A DNA stretch of 64,000 nt from Malacoraja senta (taxonomy: Eukaryota), in contig JAXLNO010000562.1 in the NCBI GenBank assembly GCA_038087875.1, forward strand, positions 1 to 64,000, given 5' to 3'. The position numbers and the translations under genes were made by a program. Below are positions 61,190-64,000 of the stretch, piece after piece. The notes beneath the pieces are model-generated. The model did not search any database and had not been told where the DNA came from. It saw only the letters and a program-made list of their open reading frames with translations. Positions within the stretch are counted from its first letter, which is position 1. The number at the start of each line of letters is the position of its first letter.

Positions 61190-63050
61190 TGTGTCATGTG
61201 ATATATTCAATATCCTATCAGTCTCATGAATATGTGTGAGTATGCGCAATGTACTTTTGTAAATGAAGACCCACACTGGCAACAGCGTGTACTGAAAACC
61301 TGAGTTTGTTTCTATCTGCATGCTGAAGCCGTAATATCTTACAATGGCGACGAGGATCGGTTAGAGTTGGTGAACTCAACCGTTAAATACAGTGCAGGAC
61401 TGTTTTGCAATATGCAGTATTGTTTAACATTTTAAACAGCAAATACGAAGCTGTATCGCAGTTGTTTGCGAACTGGACACGATAGGCCGCAGATCCTTCT
61501 ATGCACGGGATGTTTAAAACAGCAGCTGTACAAATCATCTAGAGTTTGTCAGGCTATCTTTGTGTTGTGTCTACGGGACAAGATGGCGTTCTTGGGATAC
61601 TTAGGCTGACCAGGGACTTTCGACAAGAACCGTGAAACCTTTACCTCGTACTGTGAGCGAATGCAAATGTTTTTTATTGCAAATTACATTATTGAAGCTG
61701 AAGAAACAGAGGATGATGATAAAGTGCGGGTAAGAGCACAAAACAAGGCCTTCCAGGAACAAAAGAAAGCCATTCTATTAACTGCAATTGGTCCTGAAGT
61801 TTATGAAACTCCCACCAATATCTTAGCCCCAGAGACTGTTCTTTCAAAACTTGATGCTCACGTCAACCCTAAGCCCGTAGAGATTGCAGAAAGTTCCACA
61901 TTTCACACAAGAAACCAGAAGACGTGTGAGACTGTGGGTGGGTACATTATCTCATTGAAGAAGTTGTCTCTACACTACAATTTAGCAACCTTTCTGGATC
62001 GAGCTTTGCATGATAGATTTGTATGTGGGATGCTGGATGAGCGAATCCAATCAAAATTACAACACACCAGCCCTTACCTTTGATTTGGCATGCTGTTTTG
62101 GCCATGGAGATGGCATGTCAAAGTGCACATGAGTTTCAACCAACACATGCTGGCACAGTCAACAGTCAAAAGGCAGTTCCAAAACACGAGCATGAAAAGG
62201 CAAGGAAAAGGCCTTCACAGCAAAGTTCTGGGAAAAGCGCAGATATGTGCTATCGATACTATGGTCAACACAAAGCAAATAAGTGCCAGTTCAAGGACTC
62301 TATGTGCTACAACTGTCAAAAGAAAGGCCATATTGCATCAGTATGTAGAGCACCAACGCAGGATAAAGCAAATCAAAAGGCTCGACAAAACCAAATGTGT
62401 GGGATTCACAACCTCGAAGAACAGTCAGAGAGTAATGAACCTGGAATGTATGGCATATATACTACGAACAGTGGGTCTGGAAAGGAAGACTTTCAGACCA
62501 GGTTCAAAGTGAACAATCAATACATTACTATGCCTATTGATACCACTGCTGATTGCACAATTATAAGCAAAGACATCTATGAATCCAAGTTTAGCAATAT
62601 GCCTATCACAGAAACAAACGTTCTGCTGAAAACCTACTCTGGAGAAGTATTGGAGACATGTGGAGAGATAGTATGTAATGTACAACACAAAAGGCAAGAC
62701 TTTGAAGTTGCCAATAGTTGTCGCAAGTTATGTCAATAGGCCAACGTTGATGGGCAAAAATTGGCTCCGCTTACTGAAACTAGACTGGAAATCTGTATTC
62801 CAAGTCGAAGCGCAAACACAACTGGCTCAATTGTTGCAGAAACATCATGCTATGTTCAATGACAGCTACGATGGCATAAAGGGTGAGCAAGCATACATCA
62901 GGATTTGACCCGATGTGGAACCTGTCTACTGTAGATCGCGACCAGTGCCATATTCACTGAAAAGTAAAGTGGAAGCTGAAATCACAAAGTTGGAACAAAA
63001 CGGTGTACTGGTTAAAATAGATCGCAGTGATTGGGCTACTCCAATAGTTC
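61190..63050 (+). mobile_element. Gypsy (Mag-like) LTR retrotransposon 5' part: LTR end, PBS, gag, protease, RT start; decayed and truncated
   Basis: ...CTTACA-A-TGGCGACGAGGAT (PBS at 61345, complementary to a tRNA-Ser 3' end); gag YCERMQMFFIAN, AILLTAIG, DRFVCG; twin Zn knuckles (CYNCQKKGHIASVC); protease IDTTAD; RPVPYSL...SDWATPIV. The LTR left boundary is approximate. Confidence 0.85.
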
Positions 63051-63119
63051 GTTCAAATTCGAATTTATTGTCACATACACCAATTAAGGTACAGTGATAT
63101 ATATATATATTTTTTAAAT

Positions 63120-64000
63120 ATTTTTATGTTATTAGAAGTAAGTACAGTAATGTGGCACCAAGGTGCCTAATATATATTGGCATGTTACATTTTATGTACA
63201 GCTTCGTATTTTTTTTAATAATAAGAGAGAAAGAGATAGGTAATAAAAAATAGAAAAACGTGTGATGTGTTGGTGTGTGAAAAGGAAAAGGGGGGAAAGA
63301 GGGGAAGTAAAAAAAAAGAGAGAAAGAGAAAGAGTAGAGAGTAGGAGATTATAGGAGATAGTTATTTATATTCTTGACCATCCTTCAACCAGTCCTGAAA
63401 CAGTTGGTTTCTACGATTTTGTTGCACCATATGCTTCCAATAAGTCGATAAATGGAGACCAACTCGTTAAGAATTGGTCTGGTTTGTCTGTTAGGAGGAA
63501 TCGCATTTCTTCAAGATGTGCGGTGCCCAATATGTTTGAAATCCACATTTTAAGCGTTGGTATGGGTGTATTTTTCCACAATTTAAGTATACGTTTTTTT
63601 GCCGTTATTAACCCATAATTAAAAAATGAATTTTGAAATGTGTTCAAGTTGTTCCCGTCTTCCGTTACTCCAAGTATAATCATTTCAGTGTTAGGCTCCA
63701 TTTTTTATCTTGAATAATTTTGTAAATATTTCAAAGATATCGCTCCAGAATTTATGACGTTTTATGCAGGAAACAAAAGAGTGTGTTATAGTGGCATTTT
63801 GAGATAAACATTTATCACAAATGGGAGAAGTATTTGGATAGAATTTATTCAGTCTAGTTTTTGAATAATATAATCTATGTAGAATTTTTAATTGAATTAA
63901 GTTATGTCTTACATTAATCGAACATATGTGTATATATATCAAATGCTTTTCCCATGTTTCTTTCGTGATTTTTATCATTAATTCTCGTTCCCAATCTTCT
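63120..64000 (-). mobile_element. L1-clade LINE 3' end (ORF2 C-terminal Zn finger and 3' UTR), continuing out of the window
   Basis: QLKILHRLYYSKTRL...CDKC...THSFVSC...FW; AKKRILKLWK...W.PF; frameshift near 63700. Confidence 0.85.

Overview
Vertebrate genomic DNA, most likely from a cartilaginous fish (skate/ray-like; inferred from dense CR1 remnants, HE1/V-type SINEs and Neptune-type Penelope elements). Three host genes can be read from exon sequence and splice sites: the first coding exon of DLG2 (L27 isoform, minus strand, 1945-1963), a four-coding-exon TMEM126A-like gene (plus strand, 3782-23256) head-to-head with it across a CpG-rich promoter, and the last eight coding exons of SYTL2 (minus strand, 59757-34166). 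Most of the rest is transposon DNA. The main feature is an 8.4-kb, very young Penelope-like (Neptune-type) tandem in TMEM126A intron 2. It has two ~4-kb units, three pseudo-LTR repeats each carrying a minimal hammerhead ribozyme motif in the host sense orientation, and one intact 1238-aa RT/GIY-YIG ORF with a long Pro-rich repeat linker. It is nested in a Rex1 LINE that abuts a Tc1. Also present: 22- and 34-bp perfect palindromes each flanked by 8-bp TSD-like repeats, a decayed FAM110 gene fragment between DNA-transposon ends, a head-to-tail Helitron pair with 48-bp minisatellites, a near full-length L2 with a Harbinger MITE, a Mag-type Gypsy remnant and an L1 3' end. Single-base homopolymer indels (PLE copy 2, TMEM126A exon) suggest long-read consensus errors. 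All family calls come from motif recognition only; no database searches were run.
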